Shown in pieces: positions 20,987 to 30,600 of a stretch of DNA of 45,122 nucleotides. A program made the translations under genes and the position numbers. The DNA is from an uncultured Gammaproteobacteria bacterium (GTDB lineage: Bacteria > Patescibacteriota > Patescibacteriia > 2-01-FULL-39-33). Every line of letters starts with the position of its first letter. Within the stretch, counting starts at the first letter, position 1. Under the pieces are notes generated by a model, which was not told where the DNA came from, made no database searches, and worked only from the letters and a program-made list of their open reading frames with translations. The DNA lies in assembly GCA_964350585.1 (NCBI GenBank), contig CAYGKC010000001.1, positions 4,862-49,983 of the forward strand. The letters run 5' to 3'.

Positions 20987-22333
20987 TTATTTTGCTAAAT
21001 TGGTTAGAATGGATCTAGAGACTTCTCTTTCGTCCCAAGGCAATTTCCTGCCGTGGGAAAGGCAAATTGCCTGTTCAGAACCTTTGCCAGTAAGCAAAAC
21101 CAAATCATCATTTTTTGCTTCTTTCAAAGCTTTTTCAATAGCCATTCTTCTATCCTGTATTTTAAACAAATTCTTCCCCAAAACCATTCCGGCGGAAACT
21201 GCGCCTTGAGCCACCTGTTCTATTATCACCTTTGGATCATCGTTATACGGGTCCTCATCAGTAATAATAGCCATTTGTGAATTTGCAGCAGAAATAGAAC
21301 CCATTACAGGCCTTCTGGAGATATCTCTGCCTCCTCCGCATGAACCCAAAACGTGTATAATACGTCTCCCCTCTTTAACCAGTCCGTGTTTTTTTATTGT
21401 TAAAAAACACTGCTTAAGACTTTCCGGCTCGGGGGCATAATCAACTATTACTTTAAAATCCTGCCCTTCATTTATAAATTCCATCCTGCCCGGAATACTT
21501 TCGATTTTTTCCAAAGCGCTTCTGCAACATTCCATATCTATCCCCTGGCTTTTTGCCAAAGAAATTGCGCAGAGTGAATTATAAACATTGAATTCACCAA
21601 ATAATTTAAGATTAAATTTTATTGCCTCTGCCATAAAAGCAATTCCACTTTCAGCAAACTCGATTTTTTTCGCTTTGATTACTGCGCCATCAGAAATCAA
21701 GTTAGTATTAGCCTCTTTACCTTTTATTCCATATCCAACTTTTTCATCAATATCAAAATCCAAAAAGCTTTTTGCATTTTCATCATCAATATTGGCAATA
21801 ATTATTTTTTTTATTTTAACCCCGTCAATGTTTTTAACAGGATCATTTTTTAATTTTTCAAAAAGTTTTAATTTTGCCTTTTTATAATTATCAAATCCGC
21901 CATGCGCTTCAATATGCTCGGGAGTTAAGTTTGTAAAAATACAAATATCATAGTGTATTCCCAAATGCCTGAATTGCTCAATTCCTTGTGATGAAGTTTC
22001 TATTATGGCGTACTTGCAACCAGCTTGGACCATTTTTGCAATCATTCTTTGCAAAGCAAATCTGCCAAGCATTGTCATTTTCTTATCATTTAGCCATTCC
22101 ATTTCAGCTATTTTAAAAACTGCAGTTGAAGCTACGCCGGTTTTAAAACCAGCCTCTTCTAAAATTTTTGAAATTAAATTTACTGTCGTTGTTTTGCCAT
22201 TTGTTCCGGTTACTCCTATGACAATTAACTTTTCGCTCGGCTTCCCATAAATCAAATTCGCCAATAACGCCATTTTTTTATGGTATGAATTCAACACAGT
22301 TTTTGGAATGAATTTTCTTATTAAATCTTTCAT
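20987..22333 (-). CDS. murE: UDP-N-acetylmuramoyl-tripeptide synthetase (MurE-type Mur ligase)
   Basis: GVTGTNGKTTT, ETSSQG, FTNLTPEHIEAHG, PGRME, VDYA, TDEDP, GKGSE. Confidence 0.88.
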   Translation of the reverse strand: MKDLIRKFIPKTVLNSYHKKMALLANLIYGKPSEKLIVIGVTGTNGKTTTVNLISKILEEAGFKTGVASTAVFKIAEMEWLNDKKMTMLGRFALQRMIAKMVQAGCKYAIIETSSQGIEQFRHLGIHYDICIFTNLTPEHIEAHGGFDNYKKAKLKLFEKLKNDPVKNIDGVKIKKIIIANIDDENAKSFLDFDIDEKVGYGIKGKEANTNLISDGAVIKAKKIEFAESGIAFMAEAIKFNLKLFGEFNVYNSLCAISLAKSQGIDMECCRSALEKIESIPGRMEFINEGQDFKVIVDYAPEPESLKQCFLTIKKHGLVKEGRRIIHVLGSCGGGRDISRRPVMGSISAANSQMAIITDEDPYNDDPKVIIEQVAQGAVSAGMVLGKNLFKIQDRRMAIEKALKEAKNDDLVLLTGKGSEQAICLSHGRKLPWDEREVSRSILTNLAK

Positions 22334-22340
22334 AGTATAT

Positions 22341-22829
22341 TTAAAAAAAACTAAAAACTCCCATCGATAATAAAGTCACAATAATTCCCGCAATTAAAAT
22401 TCCCAAAAAAATAAATGGAATGGCTTTCCTGGTATTGATTCCAAGAAGCCAGGCTCCCAATGTTCCTGTCCAAGCTCCGGTTACCGGCAAAGGAACCGCT
22501 ACAAAAATCATCAGTGCCAGCAAGCCGTATTTTTGATACTTGCCTGATATTTTGAGATTAGTTCTTTTAAATAACCAATCAAAAAACGATCTGAAAAATT
22601 TTGATCTTTTGGATAAAAATTCCGTAACGTTGCCAATATATTTAAGAATAAAAAATACAGGTATGGCGTTTCCAATAACAGCAAGAGAAAACGCTTTTTG
22701 CGGACTGAAACCATAGGCAAATCCAAGAGGAATGCCCGCCCGCAATTCCGCTACGGGAAGCATAGATATAAAAACAACAAAAAGCTCTTTTTGGATATTT
22801 AAAATAAATTGTAAAAATATTGATAACAT
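22341..22829 (-). CDS. COG2426 / putative small multidrug export family membrane protein
   Basis: SMLPVAELRAGIP and FVAVPLPVTGAWTG signature motifs. Confidence 0.85.
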   Translation of the reverse strand: MLSIFLQFILNIQKELFVVFISMLPVAELRAGIPLGFAYGFSPQKAFSLAVIGNAIPVFFILKYIGNVTEFLSKRSKFFRSFFDWLFKRTNLKISGKYQKYGLLALMIFVAVPLPVTGAWTGTLGAWLLGINTRKAIPFIFLGILIAGIIVTLLSMGVFSFF

Positions 22830-22873
22830 CTTTAATATTATAATATGGTATCGATAATTTTACAAAAACTAAA

Positions 22874-22902
22874 TTGACAAGAAAAAAATTTTGTAGTATA
22901 AC
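22874..22902 (+). promoter_or_regulatory. Sigma70 promoter for the 22954 gene
   Basis: TTGACA-N17-TATAAC; GGAGG SD before ATG. Confidence 0.7.
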
Positions 22903-22953
22903 ATATCAGGAATATCTCTTGCGCTGGGCAAGGGAAAAAGCGGAGGGGAAGAA

Positions 22954-23517
22954 ATGAAATCTATCGCTTTACTATGCATAACTTTGGGTTTTTGGGGAGT
23001 ATTGGACATTCCTGCGATAAACATACCGGGAAATAATCCCGATGATCGAGAATTCCTGTTGCAATGCAACAGAGGTTTCGACAAATCATTTCCGCACGAA
23101 CCGGATTTTGACACAGCGATGATTTTGGGTTATGGGTTCATTTACATGGATCCTACCCCTGATAGCAAAACCAAGTCACGAGATGACTTTCTAAAAATGG
23201 CTTTCTTTTCATGGAGGAATAAAGAAGGCCAGATGAAAATTGCCGTTAAAGGTGGCTTTTCGCAACACGAACTCAATTGTTTTAAGTCAGTAAAACTCAA
23301 ATGCCACAAAAATTGCAAAGTCACCTTAAAAAGAAAAACACTTTTCGGTGACAATAGTGATATTTGGTGGCAAAACAGTGACGACCAATGCATGCTCATT
23401 TCTGCAGGCCATTGCAAAAATGATTTCCAACAGCTAAACCAGACTCTGGATGCGTTTAAAAAATCCGGAGCTATATTGGGCTGTGAGATTTACAGAAGGA
23501 ATTATCCTTCACAGTAA
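22954..23517 (+). CDS. Hypothetical exported protein (187 aa), probable paralogue of 24385..25005
   Basis: Own promoter, SD and terminator; signal-peptide-like N-terminus. Confidence 0.75.
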   Translation: MKSIALLCITLGFWGVLDIPAINIPGNNPDDREFLLQCNRGFDKSFPHEPDFDTAMILGYGFIYMDPTPDSKTKSRDDFLKMAFFSWRNKEGQMKIAVKGGFSQHELNCFKSVKLKCHKNCKVTLKRKTLFGDNSDIWWQNSDDQCMLISAGHCKNDFQQLNQTLDAFKKSGAILGCEIYRRNYPSQ

Positions 23518-23538
23518 TAAGCCTTTAAGAAAAAACAC

Positions 23539-23565
23539 AAGACGACTCCTAGGAGGCGTCTTTTT
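23539..23565 (+). terminator. Intrinsic terminator, possibly bidirectional with ruvA
   Basis: aagacg-a-ctcc-ta-ggag-g-cgtctt followed by T-tract; A-tract on the other side. Confidence 0.65.
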
Positions 23566-23592
23566 AAATAAAACAGAAGTATAATATAATTT

Positions 23593-24171
23593 CTATTTTC
23601 CTAAAATTTTTAATGCTTGCCTTATCTTTTCACCAGCATCATCTGATTTGCAGTTTGCAAGAGCCTCTTTGGCTTGGGCAGGCTGATAACCCAAGGCAAT
23701 TAAAGCTTCGAGCGCATCGCCAAATTCACTATTCCAGTCAGCATCAACAGTTTCGACATTTCCTAATTTATCCTTTAAACCCACTACAATTTTTTCTGCT
23801 GTCTTAGGGCCTAGTGAAGAAACTTTACAAAGTAACTCAAAATTTCCGGTCTGAACCGCTTTTGTCAAATCTTCAATTTTAGCTTTTCGTAAAATATCCA
23901 TTGCGCTCCTTGGGCCAATGCCGGAAATTGTATTCAGCAATTCAAAAAAATTAAGTTCGTTTTGAGATTTGAAACCATACAAGTCCAAAACAGTTTCAGC
24001 AACCTGAGTAAAAACAAATAGTTCTATTTCTTGTCCGAATGGATTTTCCGAAATAATCCTATCCTGCACAAATACTTTATAACCTACACCGCCGACATCA
24101 ATAATTACAAAATTATCCTTTTTTAAAAGATTTGATTTATAGATAAGTTTTCCGCGAAGGTATGAAATCAT
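23593..24171 (-). CDS. ruvA: Holliday junction branch migration protein RuvA
   Basis: MISYLRGK, DVGGVGY, LYGF, ISGIGPRSA, GPKTAEKI, ALEALIALGY. Confidence 0.96.
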   Translation of the reverse strand: MISYLRGKLIYKSNLLKKDNFVIIDVGGVGYKVFVQDRIISENPFGQEIELFVFTQVAETVLDLYGFKSQNELNFFELLNTISGIGPRSAMDILRKAKIEDLTKAVQTGNFELLCKVSSLGPKTAEKIVVGLKDKLGNVETVDADWNSEFGDALEALIALGYQPAQAKEALANCKSDDAGEKIRQALKILGK

Positions 24172-24279
24172 TAAGTTAATTTTCTAATTTCCAATTTCTA
24201 AATAATATTTAATAAAAAATATAATTAAACTAAATAAAGTATACCAGTAAATGAGAAAAAGCTGAATATTCAACGTCTA

Positions 24280-24308
24280 TTGACAAAATATCAAAAGTAT
24301 GCTATAAT
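24280..24308 (+). promoter_or_regulatory. Consensus sigma70 promoter with extended -10 for the 24385 gene
   Basis: TTGACA-N17-TATAAT with TGn. Confidence 0.8.
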
Positions 24309-24384
24309 TAATAGTTGCACATTAACACTAAGAACACTAAGAAAAAGCAGCCAAAGCTGCTTTAAAAGGCCATAAAAGGGAGAA

Positions 24385-25005
24385 ATGAACATGAAAAAGA
24401 GCGCATCAGTAGTATTGGCAGTATTGGTAGTATTGTTCGCCGTCACCGCCATGGCCACCACCCTGCTAAGCGAGGAACAATTCCTTGGCAAAGCAAAGGA
24501 AGGATTCGAAGAATCCTTCTACGAGTCCGAAGGGACCTGGCTTTGGTCGGGGAAACTCACCCTGAACAAAGCTGACCGAGGGGTAGATTTCTACCTCATC
24601 GGAAAGGAAGAAGGGGGCCTCCGAGAGCCAATTACGTCAGTGGACGAGTTGGCAAAGACCTTGGGCTTCCGCTCCCAAGGGAAAAAAGTCCCCACTTGCT
24701 TCGTCGCGTGGCGTGACGAAAACGGCGACTGCTTCATGGCAGTCAACGCCAACCTCGGGGGCTACGAAAAAAGCCTCCTGTGGCAAATCCAGCCGCAGGA
24801 TCAGGAACGGTGGACAGCGTGGGACACCGACACTATTGGAACTGCGACGAAGACCTGGGTGAAATCGGACGAACCGGTCTTCACCCTCATCAAATTCGGG
24901 AAGATCGGCGACGACCCGAGTTGGATGAAGAATATTCTCTACAACCTCATCCAGTTGAGAGTTGGAGAGAATTTCGAGGAGGTCGAACTTCTCGAACTCA
25001 AGTAA
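24385..25005 (+). CDS. Hypothetical exported protein (206 aa), GC-rich, probable paralogue of 22954..23517
   Basis: Signal peptide MKKSASVVLAVLVVLFAVTAMA; GGGAG SD; own promoter and terminator. Confidence 0.8.
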   Translation: MNMKKSASVVLAVLVVLFAVTAMATTLLSEEQFLGKAKEGFEESFYESEGTWLWSGKLTLNKADRGVDFYLIGKEEGGLREPITSVDELAKTLGFRSQGKKVPTCFVAWRDENGDCFMAVNANLGGYEKSLLWQIQPQDQERWTAWDTDTIGTATKTWVKSDEPVFTLIKFGKIGDDPSWMKNILYNLIQLRVGENFEEVELLELK

Positions 25006-25018
25006 CCGCTCGCAACAC

Positions 25019-25053
25019 GCGCGAATCCAGAACATCGGATTCGCGCTTTTTTT
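25019..25053 (+). terminator. Intrinsic terminator
   Basis: gcgcgaatcc-N8-ggattcgcgc followed by T7. Confidence 0.85.
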
Positions 25054-26377
25054 ATTGGGAAATTTTTTTTAATTCTTTTCTAATCAATCCCCGATCAATT
25101 TTTATATTTTTTGAAATTTTGAAAGAGTAGGTTTTATCTGTTCCGCCATGCACTTCCTGGAATTTATCTCCGCTTTCATCTTTGAACTCTTTGATTTTTA
25201 TTTTATGGCAATTATCCGGAGTAAGCAGTTCAAAAGTCTCGCCGGCCTTGAGCATATTATGCGCCTTAAACCAAACAATTTGTTGTTTTACTTTATTAAT
25301 TTTCTGATTTTTTGTCATCCCGGGCTTGAGCCTGGATCCAGACTCCTGGATTCCCGCCTTCGCGGGAATGACAGAAGTAGCAGAGATTATTTCTCCCACA
25401 AACTGCCAATCGCTTTTCATTTTTGAGGTTGTAAATTCCTGCCTTTTAATTCCTTCATCGCCAAACAAAAAACCGGTCGTATATCCCCTATTATCGACTT
25501 TCTGCAATTCTAGATTCAATTTTTTTACGGCGGACTTATTTTTTTGCTTTAAAGAGATTATCGCCTGCCGATATGCTTTAGTCACTACGCTTACATAATA
25601 ATGGCTTTTTGTCCTGCCTTCGATTTTAAAGCATTTCACTCCCGCCTTCGCTAACTGATCCAAGTATTGGATCAAACATAAATCTTTAGAATTTAAAATA
25701 TAAATTCCCTTCTCATCTTCTTCCAAAGGAATCATCATTCCCGGCCTAAGAGGCTCTTCCATATACAATTTATAATCCCACCGGCAAGGCTGAGTGCAAA
25801 GACCTTCATTGGCGCTTCTTTCATTAAGCCATGCTGACAAATAACATCTGCCGGAATAACTCATGCACATAGCGCCATGGACAAAAACTTCCAATTCCAT
25901 TTTAGGAACTTGCTTATGGATTTCTTTTATGTCTTGAAGTGATGCTTCCCTTCCCAGAATAATTCTTTTAACTCCGTTCTTGTGCCAAAATTTTACAGCT
26001 TCAACATTTAAAACATTCATCTGCGTCGAAAGATGGACTTCAATTCCGGGCAGATGTTTTTTAACTAACATCAAAAATCCTGGATCTGAAATTATTATGG
26101 CATCAGGATTCAATTTTTTTACTTTTTTTAAAAAATCCGGCAAAAGCGCAATCTGCTTGTTATGGGCAAAAATATTTATGGTAATATAAATTTTCTTTTT
26201 TAATTTATGAGCATGCTCTATGCCTTCTTTTAAAGATTCCAAATCAAATCCCGTTTTTGCCCTCAAAGAGAAATCGGGCAAACCCAAATAAACGGCGTCA
26301 GCTCCGTAGGCGAAAGCGTACTTAAGACGAGTTAAATCTCCTGCCGGAGATAGTAGCTCCAATTTGAGTATTGACAT
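25052..26377 (-). CDS. U32 family protein, TrhP/YegQ-like (tRNA hydroxylation, Fe-S)
   Basis: ELLSPAG, GADAVYLG, HLSTQ, EVFVHGAMCMSYSGRC, CTQPCR, KIEGR. Confidence 0.9.
   Translation of the reverse strand: MSILKLELLSPAGDLTRLKYAFAYGADAVYLGLPDFSLRAKTGFDLESLKEGIEHAHKLKKKIYITINIFAHNKQIALLPDFLKKVKKLNPDAIIISDPGFLMLVKKHLPGIEVHLSTQMNVLNVEAVKFWHKNGVKRIILGREASLQDIKEIHKQVPKMELEVFVHGAMCMSYSGRCYLSAWLNERSANEGLCTQPCRWDYKLYMEEPLRPGMMIPLEEDEKGIYILNSKDLCLIQYLDQLAKAGVKCFKIEGRTKSHYYVSVVTKAYRQAIISLKQKNKSAVKKLNLELQKVDNRGYTTGFLFGDEGIKRQEFTTSKMKSDWQFVGEIISATSVIPAKAGIQESGSRLKPGMTKNQKINKVKQQIVWFKAHNMLKAGETFELLTPDNCHKIKIKEFKDESGDKFQEVHGGTDKTYSFKISKNIKIDRGLIRKELKKISQ
25313..25373. repeat. Palindromic REP/RPE-like element inserted in frame in the U32 gene
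   Basis: tgtcatcccgggcttgagcctggatcca...tggattcccgccttcgcgggaatgaca; encodes SVIPAKAGIQESGSRLKPGMT; contains ATTCCC-N8-GGGAAT. Confidence 0.8.
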
Positions 26378-26413
26378 AAATCTAAATATGTTCTATTATC
26401 CACTTTACGAAAA

Positions 26414-26610
26414 ACAGGAGAGTTAAGATGGTGAAACAAATCACTTTGGAAAAAGCTTATGAAATCATAAGCCAAATCTCTCCTGTTAAAATAGGGGGGA
26501 AGAAAAAGGTACTCACGGCCGGGCCGGAGAGGAAGGCTTCCAGCGGGTGAAGCCTGAGGTCGACAAGAGCGATATTCCGTCATGGAGTAACGAGCTTGCC
26601 GGCCTCTTTT
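26414..26610. other. Structured intergenic island: candidate ncRNA/leader or small ORF (26428..26550, +)
   Basis: Several complementary segments and a GC-rich right half; no known family recognised. Confidence 0.35.
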
Positions 26611-27562
26611 ATTTCTTCTTTTTAGTATTTCTATTAATTCTAATAAGTCCTGAAAAAGGCGTAACTTTTATACCCTTATCCTCCAGCTTGTCCAAGAATT
26701 GATTTACTCCCAATGAGTCAGAGGAAATGTGTCCTGCAATTATTACGTTTACATGATACCTTTGCGCTTCTCTTTTGTGCTCTTCCGACATATGCATACC
26801 GATAATTGTTCCTATGCCAACTTGCGCCATAATTTCATACAAGTCTTTTGAATTTGATGTTCCGCCGGTAATTTCTGTCAAAGCTATTTTGCCGGCATAA
26901 TTCTCTTCATGTCCTACATAAATTTTCGGGCCGGCTTTTCTTTTGATTCCCTCTTGATACTCCGGCACTGTCTCGAGAAGATCCACTATCTCGCCCACTG
27001 TCTCCGGATTTTTCTTTTTTATCAAATTATTTAAAAAAGAAGCCGCCATATTATCACAGACAGTATGAAAACATGCGAAGTTAATATCCAACAACCTGGC
27101 AACATCAACACTTCTAAAATGATTGATAGGAGATAAGCCTCTCGCCACTTCCGAAATCCTTTCTTTTGTCATCGACTGGGCAATATTGATTGGAATACCT
27201 TCCTGAGCCAAGACTTCCGCTTGAAGATGCATTACATCTCCCAAATCCGCCAAAGCAACTCCTTCCGGATGATGGGCAATAACCGTATCATATCCAAGCA
27301 TCTTTGCTGCAATAATTTCTTGGGCTTCAATATCAATGCCGACAAGCACCTTTTTAACTTCCTTGCCATTATTATACAAAATTCTCGTATCAGAATAAGG
27401 ATTATGGAGTTTTTCCATATCAAAATACTTTCTTTGTTTTTCACTCAAAGCATTATATTTATCATTCACTCTTTTGATATATTTCTGGACTTTCTCCTTT
27501 CCTCGAAGGTCATGTTCCGATCCAAGTTTGATAGCTAGCTTATAAATTTGTTCTAAATTCAT
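26609..27562 (-). CDS. NIF3 (NGG1p-interacting factor 3)-like metal-binding protein
   Basis: NPYSDTR, GIDI, AHHPEG, HTVCDN, TGGT, AGHISSDSLG. Confidence 0.8.
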   Translation of the reverse strand: MNLEQIYKLAIKLGSEHDLRGKEKVQKYIKRVNDKYNALSEKQRKYFDMEKLHNPYSDTRILYNNGKEVKKVLVGIDIEAQEIIAAKMLGYDTVIAHHPEGVALADLGDVMHLQAEVLAQEGIPINIAQSMTKERISEVARGLSPINHFRSVDVARLLDINFACFHTVCDNMAASFLNNLIKKKNPETVGEIVDLLETVPEYQEGIKRKAGPKIYVGHEENYAGKIALTEITGGTSNSKDLYEIMAQVGIGTIIGMHMSEEHKREAQRYHVNVIIAGHISSDSLGVNQFLDKLEDKGIKVTPFSGLIRINRNTKKKK

Positions 27563-27638
27563 ATTTTATTTATGATTATTAATTCAATAATCCATATTCT
27601 CACTTCTGCTTTTGTTTGTCAATTTAGCAAGAGATCCA

Positions 27639-30600
27639 TTATATTTTTTTAACTACAATTTTTATATTTTCACCGTTTAATTTGACTTCCGGCGCTTCTG
27701 TTTCTTGCTGGACAAATTCCTCGCAAATAGTATTTTTCTTTAATTCCTCATTATATTTTGCAGAAGAAATAGTCTTGTTAATCACTTCAGATGAACTTTG
27801 CCAATAAACTTTTACCTTATCATTAATGCTAAGGCCTTGCTGTTTTCTAATTTCGTTTATTGTTCTGATCAATTCCCTTACCATTCCTTCCAGTTTTAGC
27901 TCTTCGGTCAAAACTAGATCCAACTCTACCTTATCGCCTTCACTAGCAGTGACTTCTTTCACATTCACCTCTTCCTTAATCAAATCAAAATACATCGCTT
28001 CGTTTTCTTTAAACTTAAAATTAGCGTTTGGAAATTTAAGCGAAGCGAGAGGTTGTCGAATTTTTATTCCGTTTTCTGATCTCGCAGCCAAACCCATTTC
28101 AACTATTTTTCTAACATTTTCCATTTGTAATAAAATTTCATCATCAGTCTTGCCTGCCTTGGGCCATGATTCCAAATGAACTGATTCCTTTTGCGAACAT
28201 ATCTGCTTATATAAATATTCGGATATAAACGGCACAAAAGGAGCCATAATTTTTGACAATTCAATCAAAGTAAACTTAAACACGGCTAATGCTTCTTTTT
28301 TCTCCGATTCACTTCCTAATTTCAATCTGTCTCTTGATCTTCTAAGCCACCAAGTGGAAAATTCGTCAATAAAATCTTGAATCGGCCTGACTGATCTGGG
28401 CAAATCGTAAGATTCCATATTTTTGGTAACTTCAGCAATCAATGCATTCAGCTTGGCAAACAGCCATTTATCCAAAATATTTTTTGGCGATAATTTTTCT
28501 ACACTAATATTTTCGGTTTCATACATTTTATAGAAATTTAAAATATTGCCGATAAGCATAACGATCTTTTGCAAGGATTCTTTTACTCCGGCTTCGGAAA
28601 AATTCATATTTTCCGCTGACATAACCGGCGACGACAATAAATAATATCTCAGCGCATCTGCGCCGTATTTATCCATGACTATTTCCGGTTCAGGATAATT
28701 CTGCAATCTCTTGGACATTTTTTTTCCATCCTCGGCTAAAACAATTCCGTTTGCTATGACATTGGTAAAAGCTCTATTGTCTTTTATTGCTGATGCAATG
28801 ACGTGCAGATAATAGAACCAAGCTCGTGTCTGATCAACTCCCTCGGCTATAAACTGGGCCGGAAAACTGGCATCAAATTTTTCTTTGTTTTCGAAAGGAT
28901 AATGCTGTTGTGCATAAGGCATTGACCCACTATCAAACCAAGTGTCTAAAACATCCGGGATACGCGACATTTTTCCTTCGCATTTTGGACAAGTTAAATA
29001 AAAGTCATCTATCACGTCTTTATGAAGATCAAGCACTTTGCCATTTTCCATTAGATAGAAATTGCTTGTCTTCATATAATCAATTCCTTCCCAAACGCAA
29101 TATTCATCCAAATCACAATCTGTCAACGCCTTATGAATAGCCGAATTTATTCCGCCATGACTGACTAAGAGAATGTTTTTCCCGGAATATTCGCTTATTA
29201 TTTTCTTTAATAAATTTCTTGCCCTTTCCACCACATCTGCTCGCGACTCGCCATTGCCGGCGAATTTAAAAACAAATTTTTCTTTTTGCGATAGATCATT
29301 ATAACCTTCCCATTTTTTTCTTTCCCATCCGTTCCAATCACCCCAGTTATATTCATCGGCAAGCTCTTCAACCGTAATATCCAACTTTAAATTGTCACCT
29401 AAAATTTTTGCGCTCTCCTGAGTTCTTTTTGTTGGTGATGCCAATATCAAATCAAATTTTTCACCTTTTAAATTTTTAGCCATGGCCGTCACTTGCTTCT
29501 TTCCTTCTTTTGTAAGGCCGTAACTATCATAACCGCAAGTGTTGATATTCAATAAATTTTTTTCACTCTCACCGTGCCTGACAAAAGTTATTTTGGTAAT
29601 TTTTTTCTCTGATTTCATCCTCAAATCTTCAATGGATCCCAAAACCTCCTGATGCCCGCAAGCACATTTCCAAATAGGCATTACAGAGGCCCAAAATCTT
29701 TGGCGTGAGATAGACCAATCACGCGCGCCTTCCAGCCATTTGCCGAATCTGCCTTCTTTGATATGTTCCGGCGACCAATTAATATCTTTGGCGTATTTAA
29801 TGGCCTTAGGCTTTACATCAGTAACCTTCACAAACCAAGACGAAGTTGCGTAGTTAATCAAAGGCGTATCACATCTCCAACAGTGTGGATAGCTATGCTC
29901 GTATTTTTCTTTAGCAAATAATAAATTTTTTTCAGCCAAGTATTTGATAATTTCGACATCAGTCTTTTGCGTATCATCAGCCGGTTTAACATTCAAACCT
30001 TTAAAATCAGAAACCTCATCGGTAAATAATCCTCCCATTGTCACATTTTGAATCATTGGCAAGTTTTTTTCTTTGCCCAAATTCATATCATCTTCACCGA
30101 AAGCCGGAGCAATATGCACTACCCCTGTACCATCTTCTGTTGTTACAAAATCAGCCGTTACAATAGAATACAAATTTTCTGCATTTTTGATTTTGGATTT
30201 TGCCTCTTCATTTTCATAATAAGGGAAAAGTGGCTTGTATCTTTTGCCGACTAATTCTGAGCCTTTAAACTCTTTTGCAATTACATATTCTTGACCAGCA
30301 AAAAACTTCTCAACTAAATTTTTAGCGACTATAAACCTTACCAAAGCATCTGTTTTCTCATCCTTTTTCTCTACTATTACATACTCGACATCTTCTCCCA
30401 CAGCCAAAGCTACATTAGCGGGCAGTGTCCATGGAGTGGTCGTCCAAGCCAAAACAAAAGTTTTTTCTCCTCCCCTTTCGAAGAGGAGGCCGGGGAGGGG
30501 TTCTGAGACCAATTCGAATTTTGCCGTAACCGATAAATCCTTGATGTCTTTATAACCTTCGCTTACCTCTTGCTGTGACAGTGTTGTCTCACATCTTGGA

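Noticed and set aside
24637..25130. Overlapping 132-aa (-) and 116-aa (+) ORFs
   Set aside because: Alternative frames of the GC-rich 24385 gene; both run through its terminator.
26332..26583. 83-aa minus-strand ORF from the track
   Set aside because: Overlaps the U32 start, has no SD, and has no protein-like features.
26500..26610. RNase P RNA, SRP RNA, tmRNA, HDV-like ribozyme or c-di-AMP riboswitch
   Set aside because: Only fragments resemble them (GAGGAAG, GGCCGG...TCCTC...CCGGCC). The required motifs (GAGGAAAGUCC, SRP helix 8, tRNA-like ends, HDV P1.1/P4/J4-2) are missing.
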